From positions 68,758,001-68,822,000 of the forward strand of contig NC_135805.1 in the NCBI RefSeq assembly GCF_964213995.1: a DNA stretch of 64,000 nucleotides. The letters are read 5' to 3'. The DNA comes from Mustelus asterias (taxonomy: Eukaryota). The translations under genes and the position numbers were made by a program. The stretch's first letter is position 1. The number at the start of each line of letters is the position of its first letter. Below, piece after piece: positions 25,462 to 36,371 of this stretch. The notes beneath the pieces were generated by a model, which saw only the letters and a program-made list of their open reading frames with translations, was not told where the DNA came from and made no database searches.

Positions 25462-25577
25462 GGCTGGAATTTTACCGTCCCTCCCACCACAGGAATCGGG
25501 GCGGACCATGGAAAGGTCAGTTGAACTTGGGCAGGATTTTCCAGCTTTGGAGCGAGTGAGGCCGGAAAATCCCACCT
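25462..25577. mobile_element. MITE (3-bp TSD TAT)
   Basis: Ends GGCTGGAATTTT / AAAATCCCACCT, with TAT on both flanks; same family as 22270-22396. Confidence 0.7.
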
Positions 25578-25977
25578 TATGACTCTATGACTGTTAAACT
25601 CATCCAGATCACAAAAGTTAGAGATAGACTGGGAGTCCATGGATCAACTTAAAAATCTATTTGATGGAACTGTTCCATATAATACTTGCAACCCCAGATC
25701 TCCAAATGGAGGAACAATGGAGGGCTCCATGTAGAGAGCCCTCCGCTGGGGGAGCCCGCTTGATGTGAAGACGAAAAACTGCAGTGTTGATGCAAAGCAT
25801 TTTGCTTCCATTGGCACTGTAATTATAATGTACAGTGCGCCCTGCATCCAGAGTTAAGGACCAACCATACATCAGAGTGAATGGAAAAAACTCCCAGTCT
25901 GCTTTGCTTAAAATAAACAGGGTAAGAAGTCTCACAACACCAGGTTAAAGTCCAACAGGTTTATTTGGTAGCAAATA

Positions 25978-26014
25978 CCATAAGCTTTCGGAGCGCTGCC
26001 CCTTCGTCAGATGG
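25978..26014 (-). ncRNA. Minimal hammerhead ribozyme motif (mirror copy)
   Basis: Exact reverse complement of 26731-26767 in the left arm. Confidence 0.75.
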
Positions 26015-26730
26015 AGTGGATATCTGTTATCCAACAGTGCACAGACACAGAAATCAAGTTACAGAATACTAATTAGAATGCAAATCTCTACAGCCAGCCA
26101 GGTCTTAAAGGTACAGATAATGTGGGTTGAGGGAGCATTCAACACAGGTTAAAGAGATGTGTATTGTCTCCAGACAGAACAGCGAGTGAGATTCTGCAAG
26201 ATCAGGGGGAAAGCTGTGGGGGTTACTGATAATGTGACATAAATCCAACATCCCGGTTAAGGCCGTCCTCATGTGTGTGGAACTTGGCTATCAGTTTCTG
26301 CTCAGCGACTCTGCGCTGTCGTGTGTCGTGAAGGCCGCCTTGGAGAATTGTATCATGTATCAATACGGGCATTCAGCCTTGGATCTTCAGGTAAGCGTTC
26401 TCCAAGGCGGCCTTCACGACACACGACAGCGCAGAGTCGCTGAGCAGAAACTGATAGCCAAGTTCCGCACACATGAGGACGGCCTAAACCGGGATGTTGG
26501 ATTTATGTCACATTATCAGTAACCCCCACAGCTTTCCCCCTGATCTTGCAGAATCTCACTAGCTGTTCTGTCTGGAGACAATACACATCTCTTTAACCTG
26601 TGTTGAATGCTCCCTCCACCCACATTATCTGTACCTTTAAGACCTGGCTGGCTGTAGAGATTTGCATTCTAATTAGTATTCTGTAACTTGATTTCTGTGT
26701 CTGTGCACTGTTGGATAACAGATATCCACT

Positions 26731-26767
26731 CCATCTGACGAAGGGGCAGCGCTCCGAAAGCTTATGG
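26731..26767 (+). ncRNA. Minimal type I hammerhead ribozyme motif
   Basis: CCAT-CTGACGA-A-GGGGC-AGC-GCTCC-GAAA-GC-TT-ATGG: stem I CCAT/ATGG, core CUGANGA...GAAA, stem II GGGGC/GCTCC, palindromic AAGCTT in place of stem III. Confidence 0.75.
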
Positions 26768-27129
26768 TATTTGCTACCAAATAAACCTGTTGGACTTTAA
26801 CCTGGTGTTGTGAGACTTCTTACTGTGCTTACCCCAGTCCAACGCCGGCATCTCCACATAAAATAAACAGGAACAGGAGAAGGCCATTCAGACCTTTGAG
26901 TCTGATATGCCATTCAATGAGCATGATTGCTTCGTACCACAATTCCAGGCATGTTCAGGGGATGTATCATGTTCAAACAGTCACTCAGCATTGCAGACTG
27001 CTGGGAGTGGCAATGCCCTGTTGGAGTGTGGTCCAGACTATGGCACCAAGGGCAAGGGACTGTACAGTGGGGAACAGTAAATTGTAAAAAATGAGTTGTT
27101 AAAGGAGATTCCATAGTTAGAGGGACCCA

Positions 27130-29040
27130 TGTATCAATACGTCATCCATGTGACCCAGAATTCATGCAAGCCCGTAAAAGATTTGACACTTTTCTTTGAA
27201 ATATCTCTGCTGCCGATGTTATTCCAATCGGTAAGGTGTTAAAACAGAATTTTCCAATTGCTGTTCTGAGAATTGTGAGAATCTTGAACTTCTCTTCTAG
27301 TGGTATTTGCCAGAATCCGCTGTTCAGTTCGAATTGAGAGAATACTGTTATCTCCCTAAATTAGATAAGCTCTCATCTACTGATACCATTGGATGGACTC
27401 CTCTTTTCACAGTTTTACTGAGTTGTGTGAGATCAACACATATTCTTATGAAATCATTTGCTTTGGAACCGGTATCATCCCTGAGCACCAACTCACTGTG
27501 ACACAACCAGAAAGAATGCTTTCTAAGGTGCATCTGTAAAAGTTGCTGAGAGTTGTAGCTGACATGCCAAATTTCCTTAGTCTTATGAGAAAGTAAAGTT
27601 TATTTATTAGTCACAAGTAAGGCTTCCATTAACACTGCAATGAAGTTACTGTGAAATTCCCCTAGTCACCACACTTTGGCGCCTGTTCAGGTCAATACAC
27701 CTAACCAGCAAGTCTTTCAAACTAGAGGCGTTGGTGGATCTCTGCCTTCCGCTAGCTTCACTTAATTCTTTAATCTCTCCTAAGGATGTTACCTCAATGT
27801 CTTGTGAATCTTCAACTTCATGGACTCTGGTTCCTTTTAAACTCACTGACTTTTACAGCTCAGCCTTCAAAACCATTATTGTGATGAAACTCATCTCCAA
27901 GCTCCGTGGCCTGGGCCTCAGCTCCTCCCTCTGCGTCTGGATCCTGAACTTCCTAACCCACAGACCACAATCAGTAAGGATAGGCAACAACACCTCCTCC
28001 ATGATCATCTTCAACACCGGTGCACCACAAGGCTGTGTTCTCAGCCCCCTACTATACTCCTTATGACTGTGACTTATGACTGTGTGGCCAAATTCCCCTC
28101 CAATTCGATTTTCAAGTTTGCTGATACCACTGTAGTGGGTCGGATCTCAAACAATGATGAGACAGAGTATAGGAATGAGATAGAGAATCTGGTGAACTGG
28201 TGCAGCAACAATAATCTCTCCCTCAATGTCAACAAAATGAAGGAGATTGTCGTCAACTTCAGGAAGCGTAGTGGAGAACATGCCCCATGTCTACATCAAC
28301 GGGAACAAAGTAGAAATGGTCGAAAGCTTCATGTTTATAGGTGTCCAGATCACCAACAACCTGTCCTGGTCCCTTCCATGCCGACACTATAATTAAGAAA
28401 GCTCACCAACGCCTCTAGTCTGAAAGAGGTTTTGTCCTGTTCCTCCTGGTCTGTGTAGCATTTTTGAGGATGGTTTAGAACTCTCTTGTTTAACCATTGT
28501 TCAGCATCTGAACAAACTGAAACTGCTGCTCCTGTATATACTTTAAAGTGTGTCCTGTGACCTTCTACCAAGATCTCTGCCTTCCACTAGCTTCACTTAA
28601 TTCTTTAATTTTTCCTAAGGATGTTACCTCAATGTCTTGTGAATCTTCAACTTCATGGACTCTGGTTCCTTTTAAACCTTTTTCTTTTTGAGTGTTCTGC
28701 CCGTTTTTTTTCTGTGTGACATTCTGCCTGAAAATGTCCCAATCTTTTGCACCAATGGCATTGTATGTCTTTGGCAGGACAATTCCCATGTCCATGCCAT
28801 TTTCTTCCACACCTGCAACAGCTAGGCAGGGCTGCCGCCATTAATTGCTTTTTGTGCTGTATGTCTCTCCTTCTCCCTATTTTCCCTCTTTTATATCTGA
28901 CAAATTCAACTGTATCTGTAACTTTGGGATTCAGGCTGCCTCTCTCTACTCCGAATACGGATTGGTTTTGCCTCATATTCTCAACTTGCTTAATTAATTG
29001 AATCGCCTTTGCCAGCATCATGTTATCTCAGAACTGCAAA
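27130..29040 (-). mobile_element. Fragmented Gypsy LTR-retrotransposon gag-pro-RT interleaved with Rex1 and V-SINE pieces
   Basis: Zinc knuckles CCRCGRKWHGHGNC and CHWCKRLGHFQAEC, protease-like FKVYTGAAVSV, RT start IRICVDLTQLSKTV. Confidence 0.8.
27845..28417 (+). mobile_element. Rex1/Babar LINE RT fragment
   Basis: [61 protein letters not shown]. Confidence 0.88.
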
Positions 29041-29369
29041 TTATCCTATTCCAACACTTAATAATTTAAAGGCTTCAATTAAAAATCTTCCTTGTATTTT
29101 TTTGCTTTCAATGGAAATAGTCTCAATGTCTTAAATCTCTCATAGTGTATGAAGCCTAAACATTTTTGCATTGACAACAATTGATCCATTCTTATCGATC
29201 TATTTAACCACCATGTCCCTCTGACCTTTCAGTACCAACAGGAGCTGAATTTGTGAATTGTTCAAGCGCTGTTCCAGTCACCAGGAAGGAAGTGTTTTTG
29301 CACTCCCATTGAGCTCACATCAGTAAAGTGTCTGTTTTCTGGCTACAGCAGGGTTTCAGTATAATATAT

Positions 29370-29965
29370 ACAGTTTTCCCTGCATATCTGCTGAAGCTCT
29401 CATCCACACCTTTGTTTCCTCCAGACTTGATTATTCCAACATATTCCTGGCCAGTTTTCCATCTCCCACCCTCCATAAACTTAAGTTGATCCAATTCTCA
29501 GCTGTTTGTATCCTTACTTGGATCAAGTCTCATTCACCCAACCTTGTGTTCACTTACCTACACTGGCTCCTTGTTCAACAACGTCTCACATTTAAAATTC
29601 TGAACCATGCAGCCAAATCCCTCCTTGTTCTTGTTCCCCCTTATCTGTTTCACCTTCTCGAGCTCTACAGCTTCCCAAAAACCTTCCAATCCCCTCAGTT
29701 CTGGTCTCTTGTGTATCCCTGATTTCCCTGGCTGTCATGCCTTCAGCTGTCGAGATCCTCTGCCCTGGAATTTTCTCCCCTCTCTGCTTTTCTACCTTTC
29801 TTTTCCCTCCTCTGAAATGTGCTGTGATACCTTTCTCTTTGACCTAGCTTTTGGTTATTTATCCTAATAGTTGCTTACATGGGTCAGTGTCAGGTTTTGT
29901 CTGATAATGCACCTAGGAAGTGCCTTGGGATGTTTTACTATTTTAAAGGCACTTTATAAATGCTG
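29370..29965 (+). mobile_element. L2-like LINE 3' fragment
   Basis: LIHTFVSSRLDYSN, LHWLLVQQRLTFKIL; 3' UTR ...GCCTTGGGATGTTTTACTA...TAAAGGC..TATAAATGC. Confidence 0.75.
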
Positions 29966-32806
29966 GCGTCAATGTTGTTGAAGATGGGATCCATGCTAAA
30001 GTGAGTGATCGGGATTAGAGAGAGTAAAGGTTTTACTGGGGTAAGAACTTCTATGGGAAAGGGAGTAGATCAACCATTGCAAAAGCAATTATGCAGATCT
30101 TACAGTGGGAATAACGATGAAATTGTCAGAGTTTACCGTCATTACATCTCTGAAACTGATAGGAACTTCTGAAGTCCACACATATTAGTTAACACGGAAA
30201 TCAAGAAGTTGCTGAATGTGATTCTACACTTCTTCATAGGGTGCACAGTTGAAGTCCTCACAGACTACAATCAAATCAAAAGCATGGAACTAATAAAACT
30301 TGCTCTTTTACGCTATTTGTCTCACTATAAAAATCTTTGATAAAGCTGCACCTTGTTGAATGAGGTGTAACTCAGTTTTTAACATTGTATTATGTTCATA
30401 ATTACAGCTTAAGTAAAAGCTTCTCCAGTCCTGAAAAACTAATTTTATATTTGTGGAAGATCAAACTTTTCATGATAAAAAATCCACATTTTAAAAAAAA
30501 TCAAAACTTTTTTTGAGTTTTATTTATATTTCAGCTTCAACCTAAACCCATGTATATTTCACAATGTTATTTTGCTCTGTTTAAAGTGATATTAAAAACT
30601 GAAGAAAATCAATGCATTCGCTGTCTGTAAGGATACGACCAGATACAAGATTCAGGAACTACAAGCTGCACTGCAGGAGCTATAAGATGCACTGCAGGAA
30701 GTCATCAATGCTCCTTAGACCACACCTTCGAAACCCACGACCATTACCATCTAAACAGGAGGACAAGGGCAGCAGCCACGAGGAAACACCACCATATGCG
30801 AGTTTCCCTCCAAGCCAATCATCATTCTGATTTGGAAATGTATCGCCGTTTCTTCACTGGGTCAAAATCTTGGAACTCCCTAACAGCACTATGGATGTAC
30901 CTATACCAAATGGACTGCAGCGGTTCAAGAAGGCCTCACCACCATCTTCTCATTGGCAATTAGAAATGGGCAATATATGTTGGCCAGTGACACCCACATC
31001 CCATTATTGATTTTTTAGAATGATTTTCTGCTTACCCTGTTTGATGCCATCCCTATGTTGTTGGACACCTCAAGATCCCCTTGACTTGATGCCAGATTCA
31101 AACTAACTTGGGGAAAGGGGAAATCCATGCCACAGAATGCTAGATCTCTGTGGGAGGTTTTCTTTGAGGTTAGCAGTGAATGCAGTCACTTTGCTACTGA
31201 CAGCAAACTCTGGGCCAAAAATGTACTGATTGAAAATTGAAAATCTAGAAAGTGTGGAGTTTAAAAGAGCAATTAATTGTAAGTGACTTGAAGGAGACTT
31301 TTTCCACTGAAAGAAGCGGTGTTTGGAGGAGTAGGGAAATGTGGATGGTGAGGGAATCAAGCTGGACCTGGGGGACATTGGGAGCAAGAGGCTATATGGG
31401 AGAGGTGTCCATTAATATATTTAACAGAATTTGAATACAGGAAGTGCTTTAATGTGTATGGTGAAATTCATCTGATTTTCTTTTACTGCAAAATTCCATT
31501 AAATTAATGTAATATTCATCATTCTCATAATGAACGATTCGATATTTTGAGTCACTAAAAGTTAATGAAGTAGTTATTAACAATAAATTCTGAAGAAACA
31601 ATGTAGTCAAAATATTACAATACATAATCCTTTGAAAATACTGACTTGGCTAAAGTATATGCCCTGCGGCTAATTGCTGGCCACCAAAATGAAGATCAGC
31701 ATGCTTTCATTGCTAGATACCTTTCTTAGGGCAGACTGCTAATGGAGGAGCTTATACATTATAACTATAGCAAAGTAGTTTCATTATTGTTCCATGCTAC
31801 AATTCTACATAAATGGAGTCCGAATTTGGAGTCAGCACAATGCCTGATACTATAGGGAAGCATGATCCTCCCTCTCATTTAGTTTGGTTTCATTCAGATT
31901 ACATTTGATTTCTATTATACAAATTTAGTGATGTAGATTCCGCCTGATTTATTTGTTTGATTTTCAGTTATGATTATAGTATAATGCACAAGAAGAGGAC
32001 TTGTGAGTCAGTAACTGACCATGATAGTCAAGTATATGGATTTATGGAAGTGTAATGATCATCAGCATTCAGTATCCCTTTTTCCCTAATTCCTAGTATT
32101 AAGCAGATTCCAAACTACCCCTTGTAGTTATATGGTGGTATTTTGGGATTTTTCTTTGACAGTTTTAAATCCAGCTAGGGTTAGAAATAAGATGGGTACT
32201 TTTCCCTTTAAAATGTAAGGGGCACATTAATTCTCTCTGATCTTAAAGTTTCGAGAACTCACCTGGAGACGCCGGGCCACCTGTGGCAACAAATGTTATT
32301 GGGCTTTTGTTTACATCAGCAGGTTCGAAAGGACAGAGAGGGACTGGAATGTAATATGATTGCAACTTTACAAAGTGATGTTATCTCAACTTTACAGCAA
32401 AAACAGGCCGGAGACGAAAAAGAAAACCAAATTGAATGCTCCTGTTTGCTGATGGACACCCTACACAATAGACAATTGAGTAATATTGCGACAACGTTCC
32501 TATTAGCACTGTGCTTCTTTGCAAATATCAGAACAATATACTATTGTCTGGTATTGGCTTTTCCGTTTGTAACAAAACGTTTACTTACTTTTTAAACCCG
32601 ATAACATAGTTTTCTGGTATTCTTTTGATCAATGTTTTCCAGCAGAGGAACATGCTCGTTGTACGAGATTCTGATGTTTAAAAAAGATACAAAGACGCTT
32701 CTTTACAGAGTGAGATTCTTTCCAGCGAAAGCAGGCTACCTGCCGCATTTATACCGGTTTCTATGATTGTACACTGGTTCATACTTAGTTCTTGAAGAGA
32801 AACAAA

Positions 32807-32992
32807 ATGGTATTAATTTATTTTCTCTCCATTTTGGCTTTTCTGATGTTATGCCAAGGCGATTGCCCCAAGAGATGTGTTTGTGACTCTTCTAAATCGG
32901 TGCAATGCTACAGAGTTACGACCGTGCCCAAAGCTATTCCAACCGATACTAGAAAGTTATACCTCGGACACAACAACATCAAACAGCTGCGG
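32807..32992 (+). CDS. NEPN: Nephrocan coding exon 1 (signal peptide, LRRNT cysteine cluster)
   Basis: MVLIYFLSILAFLMLCQGDCPKRCVCDSSKSVQCYRVTTVPKAIPTDTRKLYLGHNNIKQLR: hydrophobic signal peptide, CPxxCxCxxxxxxxC cap, phase-0 donor CGG|GTGAGA. Confidence 0.9.
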
Positions 32993-34593
32993 GTGAGAGA
33001 AAGAAGCATAATGAGTTTGTCAGCATCATTTTACCTTAGTTTTTGTTAATAATCGCGTTATTGATTTGCGTTCAATGTCATGTATTTACGTTGCTTTATT
33101 TTGTATTGTTTAACTTTAAATTATTTATTGTTTTGTGCTTAGGTGTGTTGGGTTGCAATGCAATAGTTATTTTCATTTCTACGATCGTTTGTCTCTATTA
33201 CTGAGCAATTACTAAATTTAATCTGCGGATGAATTATAACCCAGTGATGATTTTGTGAATACAGTGAGAAGTCTGAGCGCGTCAGCAAGAGGTGAGGCAC
33301 TTAAAATGTGTGCAAGATGTAAATACTTTATAATGCGATTTCCCGTAAAATAATAAAATTACAAAAGATGCTGCTCCTGAAATCGCCTTGGACAAGTACA
33401 GTCTGCCCTGTAATTGCAGAGCGCGGAGTTTAGAGTTACACTGCTCGTAGATTTTCCGGTTTATATGCCGGAAGCAAACATAAACTAATTTTTTTTGGAA
33501 TCAGTATTGCATTCTCCTCTTTGCAAAACATAATACAATTCCCTTTGGAGTAGATGGATCGGTAGTTTCTTGAACTGTACCGTACAAAAGCGCTTCTTCA
33601 TGTTCAGGTGTTGGGACTGGATCAATGAGAGATGGAAGTGTTATCCGAATCCCAATGCTCTTATTATATCATAGTGCGTGTTTTGAAGATTATTAAATAC
33701 AGGAAACCAAAATTCTACCAAAATAAATCCAATCCTTTAGAGCTTTGATGCATATGCACTCACACAGAAAAGAAAATTGGCCTCATACTGTCTGTCTGTC
33801 CACTGACTTTCTATTCATGTTGTTACATTACTTGAATTGCTGCAACAACAAACACTTGGCTAAACTCTGCATCTATTGCCTTTCCTTCGCTTATACAGTC
33901 ACTTAGAATCATGGAATTTCTCAGCATAGAAAGAGACCATTCAGCCCATCATTCCTGGGCTAGCCACTAAAAAAATTATCAAATTAGTCTCACTCCCTTA
34001 GTCTCCCCCACTATTTATTCTGTACTTTTTTCATGTTAGAGGCATAATTACAATCCACATTGATGTTGAGGGTGAATGCAAATGGAGTGTTGGTTGCACA
34101 GGAAGGTGGAATCAGAGGACCAGAAATAAAGTGGGAGTAGGATGTATCTAGATTTGTAAACAAAGCTGTGGATTCAATACACTGAGTGACTGGGGGTGTG
34201 GAGTTTGGTCAATGGCAGTCAATCAGAATAGGGTTGATGGCGAAATGGCCAGTAATGTTTTGACTACACGAAGAAACATCCAACATCAAGCAAATCAGTC
34301 ACCTATGAGATCAACAGTGTGCCAGAAGAACAGTTTGTATAATCTGCAGTAACCTTGGGTACAAGGTTATGTTTAGTGAATACAGTTTAAATTATGTGTA
34401 GTCTCTATCATCACCTTCATTCTGTTTTACATTATTTTCTAGTTAATAGACAGAAATTTCCCCTCCCCAAGAATTGTATACTCAAATGATGCATGTCTGT
34501 CCTTTGCCAGGCACTCCCAAAGTCAGTAACTTTTAAGTTAATGAGGTAATAGATCTGCTCAAATTTCAAATAATACCAAGACCTAATAAATGG

Positions 34594-34915
34594 GATAAAA
34601 GCAAACTACTGTAGATGTTGAAAACTTGAAATAAAAACAGAAAATGCTGGATGAACTCAGCAGGTCTGGCAGCATCAGTGGAGAGAAACAGAGATAATGG
34701 TCGGAATGTTATCACCATTCACGCCGGCGGGATTTTCCCATCTTGCTGCAATGAATGGAGATTTCTCCTGATTCGCTGCAGAGAGAGTGTGGTGGGAACA
34801 GCAGGTAAGATCATGCCCAATGTTTCAGATCTAAATGATCCTTCTACAGAACTGAAGAAAAGTAGAAATGTATAGAATAGATGCTGCCAGACCAGCTGAG
34901 TTTATCCAGCATTTT
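34594..34915. mobile_element. Penelope-like fold-back remnant (family 2) with an inserted MITE
   Basis: Arms AAAATGCTGGATGAACTCAGCAGGTCTGGCAGCATC and GATGCTGCCAGACCAGCTGAGTTTATCCAGCATTTT are inverted repeats. Confidence 0.65.
34699..34818. mobile_element. MITE (3-bp TSD AAT)
   Basis: Degenerate ends GGTCGGAAT / ATCATGCCC; AAT at 34696-34698 and 34819-34821; internal GGCGGGATTTTCC. Confidence 0.6.
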
Positions 34916-35469
34916 TTAATATATGGGACTTAGAATTTTGACCCATTAGCACTTGATAAACCCTTTGGCATTTGCCTCTCATCAATGTACTTAGTTACAA
35001 CAGCAGAATGGATATGTCCCTTGATTATAAAGTAAAATTAATTCAGAAGAAAACTAGCTTCACACAATAAAATATGCATTGTGTGGATATTATAAAGGTC
35101 AAGAAAACTCAGCATAAGGTTGAAAGTTCATGTAGACTTATTCCAATTTCTTTTTTCATTTTCTTTCTTTAGTTTAAGTCCCATCTCCCTCTTTGAGTCA
35201 TTTTGTCCATGAGACCTACCTCCTGCTCACTTGACCTATTTCCACTAAATTGCTGCAATTTCTGGGACTTTGTTTGGTTTATGTCAGATTTTCATTGTTT
35301 GTAATTTTATTTACCCCCCCTGCCCCCACCCCCCCCCCCCCCCCCACCCCCAAACACACCCCAATGTTGTATTCATGGGATTAGAAAAACAAGATTTAAT
35401 CCTGGTATGAGGTAATTATTGCAAACTGAAATCACACTTTAGCATCTATCTTGTATTGATGTTTTGCAG

Positions 35470-36371
35470 GCATCAGATTTTGGCGGACTTTATGGCATTG
35501 AAGAACTTGCATTATCTTCATGTGGAATGGAAGCAACAGAAGCTCACACATTTTCAACACTGACTAATCTGAGAACCTTAGAGTTATGGAAGAACAAGTT
35601 GAGGAATGTTCCCAGTAAGCTTCCCTCCAATGTGGAGGTGCTGAAACTGGGTAACAATCGGATTCAGGCCTTGTGCGAAACTGACTTTGAAGGCTTGGCA
35701 AAACTGAAAATCCTTGATCTTCAAAACAATAAGATCTCCACAATTCGTTCTAGTGTTTTGTCATCTGCTCTTAGACTAGAAAGTCTTGTTTTGGATAGTA
35801 ATAGCCTTGAGTTGTTATCAGGACCATTAAAACTTCCTTATCTGAAACGTTTAAGCATGCAAAATAACAGGCTGTCTTCTCTACCATCAAATTTCTTTAG
35901 TTTCTTACCATCACTGCGCTTTCTCAGTTTATCAGGGAATACATTTTGCAAGATTCCAAAAAATATGCCACCTTTATTGTGGTCTTTAAAGATGGACAAA
36001 AATCTGATCAGTGAATTGCAGATTCAAGACTTAAACTATCTTAATCACCTCTTTGAGCTCTCCCTTTCTGAAAATCAACTTTCTACAGCAAATGATGCAC
36101 TGGCTTTGACAAACTTATCCGTAGTGGACCTGTCTAAAAATCAACTCAAAGCAGTTCCTACTCGACTGCCAGCACAATTACAAATGTTGGATTGCAGTCA
36201 CAACTTCATACAAGAAGTTACGCTGCAGGAATTTGCTGGATTGTGTGAGCTGAAACATTTGTTTCTGGAATACAACAACATTACAGTTATTGATGTAGAT
36301 GCACTGCAGCACTGTTTGCAACTTTCAGACCTAGCGTTGGAGCGAAACCAATTGTCATCCTTCCCAAAAGG
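35470..36371 (+). CDS. NEPN: Nephrocan coding exon 2 (leucine-rich repeats)
   Basis: Acceptor TTGCAG|GCA in phase 0. Open 902-nt exon of tandem LxxLxLxxNxL repeats (LELWKNKLRNVPS, LDCSHNFIQ, LALERNQL) matching nephrocan. Phase-2 donor GG|GTATGT. Confidence 0.93.

Larger units (their letters stand above)
25922..26858 (+). mobile_element. Penelope-like element, inverted (fold-back) pLTR structure
   Basis: 426-bp inverted arms (25922-26347 / 26398-26823), a ~35-nt extension, 13-bp TSD TAAAATAAACAGG (25909-25921, 26859-26871), and a GIY-YIG C-terminus-like peptide RRVAEQKLIAKFRTHEDGLNRD. Confidence 0.9.

Noticed and set aside
35314-35350. C-rich tract upstream of NEPN exon 2 as a functional G-quadruplex
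   Set aside because: Simple homopolymer-type runs are common in such genomes; no evidence of function.
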